A stretch of 32,000 nt of DNA. Origin: Moraxella nasovis (GTDB lineage: Bacteria > Pseudomonadota > Gammaproteobacteria > Pseudomonadales > Moraxellaceae). Location: positions 180,001 to 212,000 of the forward strand of contig NZ_CP089976.1 in NCBI RefSeq assembly GCF_022701215.1, in the 5' to 3' direction. Both the position numbers and the translations under genes were made by a program. The notes below the pieces were generated by a model that was not told the origin of the DNA, did no database searches, and saw nothing but the letters and a program-made list of their open reading frames with translations. How positions within the stretch are numbered: position 1 is the stretch's first letter; the number at the start of each line of letters is the position of its first letter. Of the stretch, positions 16,495 to 25,566 are shown piece after piece.

Positions 16495-18690
16495 ATGACA
16501 TCAGTCCGAAATTTTAGGCCAAAATTACTAAGTTTATGTGCCAGTACTGTGCTATTTTGTGGGTGCACCTCTATTCTGCCTCAAAGTAAAATCCAAGCGA
16601 ACGCCATCAAAGAATCTCGTAGTAGTATTGCCACTTCATCTAACATCAGCCATTTATCACAAGCTGCCCTACTTTCTTCAGGGCTTGATGAAAAAACCTG
16701 CATGACTAAGTTTCAAGATTGCATTCAAGCGGTTCAGCAATCTGTTTTTAGTCAAGATATTAGCCAAGATACGCTGGCGATATTAGCTGAACTTCATTAT
16801 GCCCAAGCTTTATATTTAGCTCAAAAACCAGAATGTCGAACTTTGCTTACTCGTCCGCCCATCGATCCATATTATGCCAACGCTCCTGTAGATGATGCGA
16901 CGACACAAACCCAACAACAAACAAAGACCATCTGTTCTAATTTTCAGCTAGAAGCCTTATATCATACCGTGCGTTATAGCTATGCTTACTTATTTTATGA
17001 TGCATTGGCGGGCAAAAACCAACAAAGACATATCATTAAAGACAGTGATATTAAAGCTCAAGATTTATATCACCTTGCGATTAATGCCATCATCAGCCAA
17101 ATTCACAACCCCAATGGAATTTTCTCTCACTCATTTCACACGAAAAATTCCGTCACAGATCACAAATACCACCAAAAACATTACGATACCTTAATAACAA
17201 AAACAGCAAACCAACAAGCTAGTCAGCTAACCATCTACATCGCTGACGACCCTTATTATACTAACAACCTAAAAGACCAAAATGGTAAACTTACCGAGCT
17301 TATCTCCACTTATGATAGCCAAAAGCCTAACTTGCAGATTACCAGCACACGCTCTGGAATTGGCGTTTCTTTTGTTAGCTCACTTGAGCACCGTAAAAAG
17401 ACTGACACTGCAGCATTACTAGAAAGGCTGGGTAAAAATAACGACAACCTTGACCAAAGTATCAATGATCGCATTCACCCTATGGGTCATCTATTACTGA
17501 CCGCTATTATTAAACCTGTGGGCAATACACTTGATGAAGTGCTACATACGCACCAATTCCAAGCCCATTTGTTTAACCCATATCAGACTAAGAAAATAGA
17601 CATTTTAGGACAAGATTACTCATTGGTGGCAAATTTCTCATCCGCCTACGCATCTTGGCTGGCAGAGAACAACCTAAGACAGCTTAGTCTTTTAAATATG
17701 CTTACCAAGCAAAATCATGCTACCTTACCAGAACTCTATATGCTATCGCCTTACAACCCCAATCAAAAAGTCATCATTATGTTGCATGGTCTAGCTTCTA
17801 GCCCTAATACGTGGATAAATCTTACCAACAGCCTACTTGCCGATCCTATCTTAAGAGATAATTATCAAGTATGGCAAATCGCCTACTCAACCAACCTACC
17901 CATCTTAGAAAACAGGTATCATATTCATAAGCTAATCATGGCAACATTTGATAAAGTTGATCCATCAGCAAAGCACGCTGCCAACCACCATGACGTCATC
18001 ATCGGGCATAGTATGGGTGGCGTCATTAGTCGCCTATTGGTATCTGATGACAACCTGCTTGATAAACTCCAAGAAATCACCCAAGACACCGAGCATGATT
18101 ACATCCAAGGCAAAAAAGATAAGCTGGCAACCAAACTACTGTCTCAAACATATCATGATACACTTGCCAATCGCTTCACCCTAAACACGCTACCACAAGT
18201 GAATACCGCTGTTTTTATCTCATCGCCTTTTAAAGGGACAACCTATGCAGATTATTGGTTCACACGTGCCGCCAGACGTATTATTACGCTACCACTTAAT
18301 CTAACAAAAACAATCACAGGAACGCTAGCTCATATCAGCGATCAAGAAGCGGTTAAAACATCGGTTTTAGGGTCTTTGTACCTAGATAATGGAGCAAGCC
18401 AGCTCTCAGATAAATCATCTTTTGTGGCACTGACAAAAAATGTACAAATTAATGACAATGTCACTTATCATACCATCATGGGCGACATCAAAGGTGATAG
18501 TCAAAACGGCGGTGATACAGCAGGCAAGCTGATTTCTGATGGTATCGTTCCTTTTACCAGCTCACACCTTGATGGTGCAAAAAGTGAAACGATCGTCATT
18601 GGTGGACATGATATTCACGAGAACCCAAAGACCATCTTACAGCTTCGAAAGATTCTTCACGAGCATCTTGTAGCATCTCAAGCTCAATAG
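16495..18690 (+). CDS. Lipoprotein with a C-terminal alpha/beta-hydrolase (esterase/lipase-like) domain
   Basis: 731-aa ORF. Signal plus lipobox-like LFCGC. Oxyanion-type IIMLHGLASSPNTW, nucleophile elbow GHSMGG, and candidate Asp (ISDGIVPFTSSH) and His (GGHDIHENP). The N-terminal ~400 aa are unassigned. Confidence 0.8.
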   Translation: MTSVRNFRPKLLSLCASTVLFCGCTSILPQSKIQANAIKESRSSIATSSNISHLSQAALLSSGLDEKTCMTKFQDCIQAVQQSVFSQDISQDTLAILAELHYAQALYLAQKPECRTLLTRPPIDPYYANAPVDDATTQTQQQTKTICSNFQLEALYHTVRYSYAYLFYDALAGKNQQRHIIKDSDIKAQDLYHLAINAIISQIHNPNGIFSHSFHTKNSVTDHKYHQKHYDTLITKTANQQASQLTIYIADDPYYTNNLKDQNGKLTELISTYDSQKPNLQITSTRSGIGVSFVSSLEHRKKTDTAALLERLGKNNDNLDQSINDRIHPMGHLLLTAIIKPVGNTLDEVLHTHQFQAHLFNPYQTKKIDILGQDYSLVANFSSAYASWLAENNLRQLSLLNMLTKQNHATLPELYMLSPYNPNQKVIIMLHGLASSPNTWINLTNSLLADPILRDNYQVWQIAYSTNLPILENRYHIHKLIMATFDKVDPSAKHAANHHDVIIGHSMGGVISRLLVSDDNLLDKLQEITQDTEHDYIQGKKDKLATKLLSQTYHDTLANRFTLNTLPQVNTAVFISSPFKGTTYADYWFTRAARRIITLPLNLTKTITGTLAHISDQEAVKTSVLGSLYLDNGASQLSDKSSFVALTKNVQINDNVTYHTIMGDIKGDSQNGGDTAGKLISDGIVPFTSSHLDGAKSETIVIGGHDIHENPKTILQLRKILHEHLVASQAQ

Positions 18691-18744
18691 GCAAATAATG
18701 TGTTTACTTATTAGCTCAATGATTATTCGCTTTATTAGGACGAT

Positions 18745-18774
18745 AAAAAACCCCAAGAAAACTTGGGGTTTTTA
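18745..18774. terminator. Bidirectional terminator between the hydrolase gene (+) and rplI (-)
   Basis: aaaaaccccaag / cttggggttttt stem with a 4-nt loop. Confidence 0.85.
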
Positions 18775-18785
18775 AAGTACTTAGA

Positions 18786-19262
18786 TTACTCTTCGTCTTC
18801 GTCTATTGATTGAGCATCTTCTGATAGGATAGATACTAAAATCTCGGCAGTGATGTCGTGATGAAGCTGAACAGTCACTTTATACTCACCTACTTGACGG
18901 AATGGACCTTCAGGAAGCTTAACTTCTTGACGATCTACTTCTAGACCAGAAGCAGTTAGAGCATCTGCGATGTCACGTGTACCGATAGAACCAAATAGTT
19001 TGCCTTCGTCACCAGACTTAGCACGCATGATGACATTCACATCAGTCAAGGCGTCAGCACGTTGTTGTGCTACTTTTAGCTCTTCAGCTTCAACAGCTTC
19101 TAGCTCAGCACGACGTGCTTCAAACTTAGCAATGTTTGCTTCGTTTGCAGGCAATGCTTTGCCTTGTGGGATTAGGTAGTTACGACCATAACCAGCTTTA
19201 ACATCAACCGTTTCACCAAGTTTACCAAGATTAACGACACGCTGTAATAGAATAACTTGCAT
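18786..19262 (-). CDS. rplI: 50S ribosomal protein L9
   Basis: [36 protein letters not shown] is canonical L9. There is an acidic C-terminal tail. Confidence 0.97.
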   Translation of the reverse strand: MQVILLQRVVNLGKLGETVDVKAGYGRNYLIPQGKALPANEANIAKFEARRAELEAVEAEELKVAQQRADALTDVNVIMRAKSGDEGKLFGSIGTRDIADALTASGLEVDRQEVKLPEGPFRQVGEYKVTVQLHHDITAEILVSILSEDAQSIDEDEE

Positions 19263-19278
19263 GATTTTTCTCCGTTAA

Positions 19279-19506
19279 TTACTTGTGGTTGTCGGTATAT
19301 GGCAATAGTGCCAAATAACGAGCTTGTTTAATAGCAACAGCCAATTGGCGCTGATACTTATTAGAAGTGCCAGTGATACGGCTAGGAACAATTTTGCCAT
19401 TTTCGCTGATGTATTGTTTTAGCAATTCTACATCTTTGTAATCGATATGGGTGATGCCTTCAGCAGTAAAGCGGCAGAACTTACGACGACGATAAAAACG
19501 TGCCAT
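19279..19506 (-). CDS. rpsR: 30S ribosomal protein S18
   Basis: [13 protein letters not shown]...[27 protein letters not shown] is canonical S18. Confidence 0.97.
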   Translation of the reverse strand: MARFYRRRKFCRFTAEGITHIDYKDVELLKQYISENGKIVPSRITGTSNKYQRQLAVAIKQARYLALLPYTDNHK

Positions 19507-19524
19507 GATAAATCTCCTTAATAA

Positions 19525-19926
19525 TTATTCGCTGTCAGCAGCGGCATTCTCACCGTCTTGGGTGCGAACATCGTTACGACGGTTAGCTTTGCGAGTACGT
19601 TTATCTTCTGCTTCTTTCGCTAGTGGCGACTGTTCAGTGATAGCGTCTTCACGGCGGATAATCAGGCTACGAATAATCGCATCGTTGTATTTGAATAACT
19701 CTTCTAGCTGTGCTAGCGTTGCATCATTACATTCGATGTTAAGTAGCACATAGTGTGCTTTGTGGATTTTGTTGATTGGGTATGCTAGTTGACGGCGACC
19801 CCAGTCTTCTAAACGGTGGTTTGCACCGCCATTTTCTTCTACGATAGAACGGTATTTAGTTACCATATCGGCAACTTGGTTGCTTTGGTCTGGATGAACC
19901 AGTAGCACCACTTCATAATGTCTCAT
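19525..19926 (-). CDS. rpsF: 30S ribosomal protein S6
   Basis: [15 protein letters not shown]...[15 protein letters not shown] is canonical S6. Confidence 0.97.
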   Translation of the reverse strand: MRHYEVVLLVHPDQSNQVADMVTKYRSIVEENGGANHRLEDWGRRQLAYPINKIHKAHYVLLNIECNDATLAQLEELFKYNDAIIRSLIIRREDAITEQSPLAKEAEDKRTRKANRRNDVRTQDGENAAADSE

Positions 19927-20022
19927 AAGGACTCCCTACGGATTAAAACAGCCACCATACATATGGCAGCAAGGAGATTGAAAATCAGCTCTGATGAGTC
20001 AAAACTGTTTAACAAAGTGCGT

Positions 20023-20050
20023 ATTATACACCACATTTAAAATATTGCAA
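20023..20050 (-). promoter_or_regulatory. Candidate sigma70 promoter of rpsF-rpsR-rplI (TTGCAA-16 nt-TATAAT)
   Basis: Minus-strand reading: the -35 is at + 20045-20050 and the -10 at + 20023-20028. This leaves a leader of about 90 nt before the ATG at 19926. Confidence 0.55.
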
Positions 20051-20055
20051 GAAAT

Positions 20056-20583
20056 TTATAACTTATCAGAGTCGGCGGTCTCAATGATTTTGCCAGTTCT
20101 TGCTTGCAGATCATACTGTTTTTGGGCTTGGATCTTATCACGATCATATGCTCTTTGGGCATGGGTGGTTACCACGCTTTTTAGCATTTGCCAAATTGCC
20201 CCCAAAAACAGTAGTACAGCAAACACCGCTAATATAGGCAAGCTAGCAACTAACGCTCCAGCAAAGTCTTTCATAAGTATGTTGTATGCCACCCCGATAA
20301 TAGCAGGCACGATATCCCCTGAATCTCCAGCAGCTGTACCAGGAGCGAATAGCACAGCAATAATCAGTGCCAAGCTCATACCCTTAATCGGACGTGGTAG
20401 CATAGACATGATAAATAGCCACAGCAAAATGACTAACACAGAGCTGACTACATAGACCAAAAATGGCAAATCGCCATAAGGCACATTCTCAACTAGACCA
20501 CCCCATAAGCTTAGCAAACTTGCCAATGCATCGCTAATTGCCTCAAGTGGGAGATTTTTAACTAGGTTTTGTAACCATTCCAT
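20056..20583 (-). CDS. Hypothetical integral membrane protein
   Basis: 175-aa ORF with about 4 hydrophobic helices and a charged C-terminal tail (AQRAYDRDKIQAQKQYDLQAR). I recognised no family. Confidence 0.6.
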   Translation of the reverse strand: MEWLQNLVKNLPLEAISDALASLLSLWGGLVENVPYGDLPFLVYVVSSVLVILLWLFIMSMLPRPIKGMSLALIIAVLFAPGTAAGDSGDIVPAIIGVAYNILMKDFAGALVASLPILAVFAVLLFLGAIWQMLKSVVTTHAQRAYDRDKIQAQKQYDLQARTGKIIETADSDKL

Positions 20584-20693
20584 AGACGTTCAACTTGCTA
20601 ATTATTTTGATCATAATAATCTTGATCACAGTATGAGTGTGAATAAATTTGAAACAGTATTGTAACACAGTTTTTGGTTTTACCAAAACGCCT

Positions 20694-21014
20694 TTAGTCA
20701 TACTGCTTATCTTGGAGTGCCTTTGCCTTTGCCATCGCCTGTGCTGCTAAAATATCGGCTGGCGGTGCTTGAATGTAATAGCCTTGTTCAGCAAGCTTAG
20801 CTTTTACTTCTGCGATGTCCGCTCTAGCTAGCTTATCTTTTGTGGATAAATCCAAGTGCATGACAAATTGGGATAATCCAAGCTTAGCACGCACATCAGA
20901 TGGCAACACACCTAGCCAATCACGAATCTCATCGGTGTCATTTGGATAATCTGGTCGTGCAATATAGACGTACCAATCTTCACTTTTTGGAAATTTATAG
21001 ACATCACAGTGCAT
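20694..21014 (-). CDS. ycgL: YcgL domain-containing protein (DUF709)
   Basis: MHCDVYKFPKSEDWYVYI... and ...KAKLAEQGYYIQAPP are typical YcgL blocks. I chose the start at 21014 because of the SD-like aagag. The track start at 21032 is an alternative. Confidence 0.8.
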   Translation of the reverse strand: MHCDVYKFPKSEDWYVYIARPDYPNDTDEIRDWLGVLPSDVRAKLGLSQFVMHLDLSTKDKLARADIAEVKAKLAEQGYYIQAPPADILAAQAMAKAKALQDKQYD

Positions 21015-21162
21015 GGTTTTTACTCTTATCATCTTGGTAATTTAGAGTATTTTAACAAGTTTTTGGCAAAACCCCAACAATTACCTAAAATTTAGCAATT
21101 TTAGCTATTATTCACACGCAAATAAAGCTACAATTTATAAACCACCACAGCGTTAAATACCC

Positions 21163-22497
21163 ATGATTACTAACAAACTTCAAAACCTCAAACTCTGGCT
21201 AAAAGACCCTGCTCAAAACCTTTGGGTTCAGCCTGCTCTTGGGGCTATCTTCGCTCTTATTTTTTCGCTATTAGCCAAGCTTGCCAATCGCTTTATGAAT
21301 TCTGATGGCGTTCCTAAGATTGCTCCAGAAACACTATATAACTTACTAAATATCATCGCATCAAGCATGCTTGCTGTTACCACCTTTTCACTGTCCATCA
21401 TGGTATCTGCTCTTGCTTCCACTGCTAGCGGGACATCACCCAGAGCTCGGCTACTGCTGGTGGCAGATAGGGATACACGCATCGCCATCACAAGCTTTAT
21501 CTCAGCATTTATTTATGCCATCATCGCCAAAATTGCCCTTGGCATGCAGTACTATGGCATCGCTGGGCGATTCGTGCTGTTTATCAGTACCATTTGCGTG
21601 CTTATCTATTTGATTATCACGCTCATTCGCTGGGTGCAGACACTGTCTCAATTAGGTTCATTTGGCGATACGATTAATAAGATAGAAACTATCGCCAGTC
21701 GCTCACTTGCTAGCCATCGTAACAGCCCAAATCTAGGACTACTAACCGCCATTCCTGATGGTGCGATTCATTTTTTTAATGTCACTGCGACAAAATCAGG
21801 TTATATCAGCTACATCTCCTTAGAAGACTTGCATAAAATTACCGAAGAATACGGACTGCATTTGCATATTTGTCACCGTGTTGGTGATTTTGTTGAACCA
21901 AATGAAACAGTTTTTCAAGTGTTCATTAATCAACCCAAACAACGCCTAGATGATCAATTTAAAACAAGCCTAGCCATCATTCAGCACAAAATCAGTAAGA
22001 AAATCAGCCATGAATTCACCTTACGCCCTGCTCGTGGCTATGGTGATGATCCACGTTTTGGGATATTAGTGCTAAGCGAAGTTGGTCAAAAGTCAATGTC
22101 AGCAGCCATTAATGATCCTGCCAGCACCGCCTTAACGCTTGATGCGATCACACGCATCTTAATAGACACCAAGCCAAGCGATGAGCAAATTAGCAGTTAT
22201 AAGAATTTAAGCATCGTACCACTTAATATCAAAGAATTTTTAAACCCTGTATTTATGCCGATTGCCAAAGACGCTCACGGGGACTTAGATGTGAATATTC
22301 ATCTGCTAAAATGCCTAGATCTTATCGCTCGCCACGCCCCAGAATACGAGCTAAAACTGGCAGCGACAAGACTTGCCCAAAAGATATATGACAGAGCCAT
22401 GGCTCATCTAAGCTATGACGCTGATAAAGCTGAACTACAGCGACTGTATACCAAGACATTTACCCCTAATAATCTACATGTATCATCTGTTATATGA
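21163..22497 (+). CDS. DUF2254 domain-containing membrane protein
   Basis: 444-aa ORF. The N-terminal 4-TM region has LWVQPALGAIFAL... and LLNIIASSMLAVTTFSLSIMVSALASTASGTSPRA, as in DUF2254. The C-terminal half is soluble. Confidence 0.75.
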   Translation: MITNKLQNLKLWLKDPAQNLWVQPALGAIFALIFSLLAKLANRFMNSDGVPKIAPETLYNLLNIIASSMLAVTTFSLSIMVSALASTASGTSPRARLLLVADRDTRIAITSFISAFIYAIIAKIALGMQYYGIAGRFVLFISTICVLIYLIITLIRWVQTLSQLGSFGDTINKIETIASRSLASHRNSPNLGLLTAIPDGAIHFFNVTATKSGYISYISLEDLHKITEEYGLHLHICHRVGDFVEPNETVFQVFINQPKQRLDDQFKTSLAIIQHKISKKISHEFTLRPARGYGDDPRFGILVLSEVGQKSMSAAINDPASTALTLDAITRILIDTKPSDEQISSYKNLSIVPLNIKEFLNPVFMPIAKDAHGDLDVNIHLLKCLDLIARHAPEYELKLAATRLAQKIYDRAMAHLSYDADKAELQRLYTKTFTPNNLHVSSVI

Positions 22498-22735
22498 ATG
22501 CTTTGATAAAGGTAAACAATATAAAGGCTATATTGATAAAACAGGTAAAGTGGTCGTGCCGATTAAATATGATGTATATGAAAGTGATAAATATTTATTA
22601 CTTTTCTCAGACGGCATGGCGAGAGTTTGGTTAAATGACAAGAGCTTTTATATCAATAAACAAGGCAAATGCGTCCAATATACAATTAACCAAACCTTAA
22701 TAAAGCCCATCGTGATTGGTGGGCTTTATTATTAA
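22478..22735 (+). pseudogene. WG-repeat (KWG-type) protein fragment, probably a 5'-truncated relic
   Basis: KGYIDKTGKVVVPIKYD and FSDGMARVWLNDKSFYINKQGKCV resemble about 1.5 WG repeats. There is no signal peptide or SD. It overlaps the DUF2254 3' end by 20 nt, and its last codons run through the terminator hairpin. Confidence 0.4.
22699..22733 (+). terminator. Hairpin terminator (aataaagccca...tgggctttatt followed by att)
   Basis: Inverted repeat with a 10-nt loop and a T-rich tail. Confidence 0.6.
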
Positions 22736-22885
22736 GCGATGCACATAAAACGCACAAGATAAATACAGACAGCTTTATGAAACTATAATTTACCCAGCAC
22801 TTTTTATCATACAAGTTAATACTCTCATATCTATATCACTCATTAAAAAGCTCTCAATATTTTAAAGCTTTAATAATCAAGGCGG

Positions 22886-23950
22886 TTATAGATAGCCACG
22901 TTCATAACTTTTTGGGATAAATTGTAGTTGGCTTGCGTTATTTGTAGTTTTATCGTATTGCACATTTAACGCCCAATGTGGGTCTCTTAGCAATGCACGC
23001 CCTACCGCCACTAAGTCAGCATCACCATTTGCAATAATAAGCTCGGCAACATCTGCTGTGTCAATCATACCAACTGCTATGGTCGGTAATTTTGTTGCCT
23101 GCTTAATAGTGCGTGCAAATGGCACTTGATAGCCTGCACTGATAGGTGGCGTATGATTTTTGTCAAGCTTACCGTCACCGCCACCAGAAACATGCATAAT
23201 ATCTGCCCCCGCCTGCTGATAACGCTCTGCAATCTTTACTCCATAGTCTAAATCATAGCCATCTTTGGCATATTCTTGGGCAGAAATACGAACAATAAGC
23301 GGCATATCATCTGGCATGACAGCTTTAGCTGCTTTAATGACTTGCTCACCAAATAAAAACTTATCTTGACCGTATTCATCTGTGCGTTTATTGGTGCGTG
23401 GCGCATGAAACTGGTGAATCAAATAGCCATGTGCTCCGTGAATCTCAATCGCATCAAAACCTGCTGCCACCGCTCTTTTTACCGATTCTCCAAAGGCACA
23501 AACCAGATCTTTTATCTCGTCAGTTGTCAGCTCTTTTGGGGTTTGGTATGCCCATTCTCCGCTTTCTACATCATTTTCATAGATGATAGCACTAGGGGCG
23601 ACACAGTCAGCATGCCCCACCGCTTTACGACCTGCATGCCCAATCTGAATGGCGATTTTAGCATCGTGCTTATGTACTAAGTCAACAATCTTTTTAAATT
23701 CATCACGTTGATCGTCATTCCACAATCCTAAGCATCGTGGGGAAATGCGTCCATTTGGAGTAACGTTTGTCATCTCCACAATAACTAAACCCACCCCACC
23801 TATCGCTCGGGCGGTGTAATGCACCAAATGCCAATCATTTGGCATGCCATCAGTTGCCTGATATTGGCACATAGGTGGCATCACAATGCGGTTTTTAAGA
23901 GTCAGGTTTTTCACGCTAAAAGGCGTGGTTAAAAAACGTAATTTTGCCAT
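22886..23950 (-). CDS. namA: NADPH dehydrogenase, Old Yellow Enzyme family (YqjM/NamA type)
   Basis: LKNRIVMPPMCQY, AIQIGHAGRK, FDAIEIHGAHGYLIHQFHAPRTNKRTDEYG and DLVAVGRALLRDPHW are OYE (YqjM-class) signatures. Confidence 0.9.
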   Translation of the reverse strand: MAKLRFLTTPFSVKNLTLKNRIVMPPMCQYQATDGMPNDWHLVHYTARAIGGVGLVIVEMTNVTPNGRISPRCLGLWNDDQRDEFKKIVDLVHKHDAKIAIQIGHAGRKAVGHADCVAPSAIIYENDVESGEWAYQTPKELTTDEIKDLVCAFGESVKRAVAAGFDAIEIHGAHGYLIHQFHAPRTNKRTDEYGQDKFLFGEQVIKAAKAVMPDDMPLIVRISAQEYAKDGYDLDYGVKIAERYQQAGADIMHVSGGGDGKLDKNHTPPISAGYQVPFARTIKQATKLPTIAVGMIDTADVAELIIANGDADLVAVGRALLRDPHWALNVQYDKTTNNASQLQFIPKSYERGYL

Positions 23951-24008
23951 AATTTTTTACCGTCTGTTCTTTATGTTTTAATGATTGTATCGCAATTTAA
24001 GCCATGAA

Positions 24009-25157
24009 TCACAACTTTGCTAAACTAAAAATTTCTTCAAGTGCCTGTCTGTCATATATATCATCCATTTGCCATGCTTTGGCATTATCTAAGGCGTTAT
24101 CAATAACCGCATCAAGCGTCTCATCATCGATATTTAGCTGTGCTAATGTGGTTGGCGTGCCGATTTTATCAAACCAAGCTTTCAAAGCAATAATGCCGTC
24201 TGTAGCATTTTTCTTACCAAAAATCTTGTGGGCAAATCGCTCAAATTGTGGCAAGTTATTCTTCTGATACCACATCATCCATGCAGGCATTACCACCGAT
24301 AGACCTGCTCCATGTGGCACATCACACACTGCACTCATGGCATGCTCTATCATATGATTAGGAAAGCTTAAACCTTGCACGCCTGCATGCGTCAAGCCGT
24401 TCAATGCAAGCGTTGCCGCCCATGCAAAATCACCCCTTGCTACAAGATCGTCTGGGTTATCTAGTAAGATTTCGGTCGTTTCCATAACCGTTTTAATGTT
24501 ATTTTCCACCAAGCGATTAACGATGTTTGGGCGGTCTTTAGCGGTAAGATACGCCTCGATGCTATGGGCAATAACATCACTTGCTGAATACACAAGATAC
24601 TCACGGCTTACTGTAGTTTGTAGCTTTGGATTGATGATTGAAACTTTTGGGAACAATGGCTTGCCACCAATAGAGTACTTTTGGAGCGTTTCATCGTTCG
24701 TGACCACCCCACCACTGTTCATCTCACTGCCTGTGGCAGCTAAAGTCATAATGTCAAAGATAGGTAAGGCGTCCACCACCTTCTTACCCACAAAAAATTC
24801 CCACACATCTTCATCTGCTAAAGCCCCTGCTGCGATTGCTTTGGCACTATCAAGACAAGAACCACCGCCAACTGATAAAACACAATCCACCTTAGCACTT
24901 TTGGCAATATTTATACCCTCACGCACTTTTGATAGCACAGGATTGCTCTTAATACCTCCGCATTCCACAAAATCTATATCGTTATCATGCAAAGACTGAA
25001 CAACTATATCAAAAAGCCCATCGTCTTTAATTCTATTACTACCATAGACAATCAGAGCTTTTTTAACCCTAAATTCGCTCATATAATCGCCAATGTTTGC
25101 TTCTTTATTTTCACCAAACTCAATACGAGTAGGATTATAAAAAGTAAATGCGTGCAT
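24009..25157 (-). CDS. Iron-containing (group III) alcohol dehydrogenase, YqhD/BdhA-like
   Basis: 382-aa ORF with GGGSCLDSAKAIA, LPIFDIMTLAATGSE and the His-rich metal-site region HSIEAY...HGAGLSVV. Confidence 0.9.
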   Translation of the reverse strand: MHAFTFYNPTRIEFGENKEANIGDYMSEFRVKKALIVYGSNRIKDDGLFDIVVQSLHDNDIDFVECGGIKSNPVLSKVREGINIAKSAKVDCVLSVGGGSCLDSAKAIAAGALADEDVWEFFVGKKVVDALPIFDIMTLAATGSEMNSGGVVTNDETLQKYSIGGKPLFPKVSIINPKLQTTVSREYLVYSASDVIAHSIEAYLTAKDRPNIVNRLVENNIKTVMETTEILLDNPDDLVARGDFAWAATLALNGLTHAGVQGLSFPNHMIEHAMSAVCDVPHGAGLSVVMPAWMMWYQKNNLPQFERFAHKIFGKKNATDGIIALKAWFDKIGTPTTLAQLNIDDETLDAVIDNALDNAKAWQMDDIYDRQALEEIFSLAKL

Positions 25158-25183
25158 TATTTTTCTCTCAGAAAATTTAAATG

Positions 25184-25192
25184 ATTATAGCA
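25184..25192 (-). promoter_or_regulatory. Candidate extended -10 promoter (TGcTATAAT) for adh-namA
   Basis: Minus-strand tgctataat lies about 27 nt upstream of the ATG at 25157. SD-like gagag lies 7 nt before the ATG. No good -35 (T-run only). Confidence 0.45.
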
Positions 25193-25226
25193 AAAACTTT
25201 TATCTTAAAAAAAATGCTTGCTAATA

Positions 25227-25465
25227 ATGGCAAAAACCATCACAACTTGTGCTTTGGCAGATATAGGGGGTGTCTTACAGCCTGAGTGGGTTATTAGCGA
25301 ATATATTAAATCTGGGGATTTGGTACAACTTCTGCCTGAATACGACTTTGCAGTAACGCGTAAAACTTAAGTACATTTAATACTCGCCACATTTGTCTTG
25401 CTGTGCGAACAATTTTAGATTTCTTTGGTGAAGTGTATGGCGATATCCCATATTGGGCATTATAA
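25227..25465 (+). pseudogene. C-terminal relic of a LysR-family transcriptional regulator
   Basis: CALADIGGVLQPEWVISEYIKSGDLVQLLPEYDFAVTRKT*, then after a frameshift RHICLAVRTILDFFGE..., matches the extreme C-terminus of LysR effector domains. The HTH and most of the effector domain are absent. Confidence 0.7.
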
Positions 25466-25566
25466 GGTAAATTTATTTTACAGCTTAGCACAGGATTATC
25501 TGCATTACATTAACGTTAGAATTTTTCTTATCTTTTGATATTTTTGTTAAAAAGGTAAAATTTTAC

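Noticed and set aside
16982-18184. ORFs 16982..17194+ and 17948..18184+ within the hydrolase gene
   Set aside because: They are alternative frames of the same strand inside a CDS with a clear catalytic-triad frame.
18970-19753. + strand ORFs antisense to rplI and rpsF (18970..19179, 19505..19753)
   Set aside because: They are antisense shadows of ribosomal protein genes, with Ser/Ala-rich nonsense translations.
18786-19926. Absence of priB between rpsF and rpsR as an anomaly
   Set aside because: The enterobacterial rpsF-priB-rpsR-rplI order is not universal, and many gammaproteobacterial lineages lack priB. The 18-nt rpsF-rpsR spacer leaves no room for a lost gene.
19994-20455. 153-aa + strand ORF
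   Set aside because: It is antisense to the 175-aa membrane-protein ORF and spans the rpsF promoter. The minus-strand frame has coherent TM topology and gene spacing.
21228-21613. ORFs 21228..21491(-) and 21371..21613(+) in the DUF2254 gene
   Set aside because: They are shadow frames of the TM region of a family-typical CDS.
23366-24999. + strand ORFs inside namA and adh (23366..23680, 23398..23586, 24004..24267, 24496..24999, 24987..25184)
   Set aside because: They are antisense to two enzymes with unmistakable signatures.
25306-25491. 61-aa minus-strand ORF
   Set aside because: It lies antisense across the LysR relic. It has no SD, and the + strand shows the recognisable LysR C-terminal motif.
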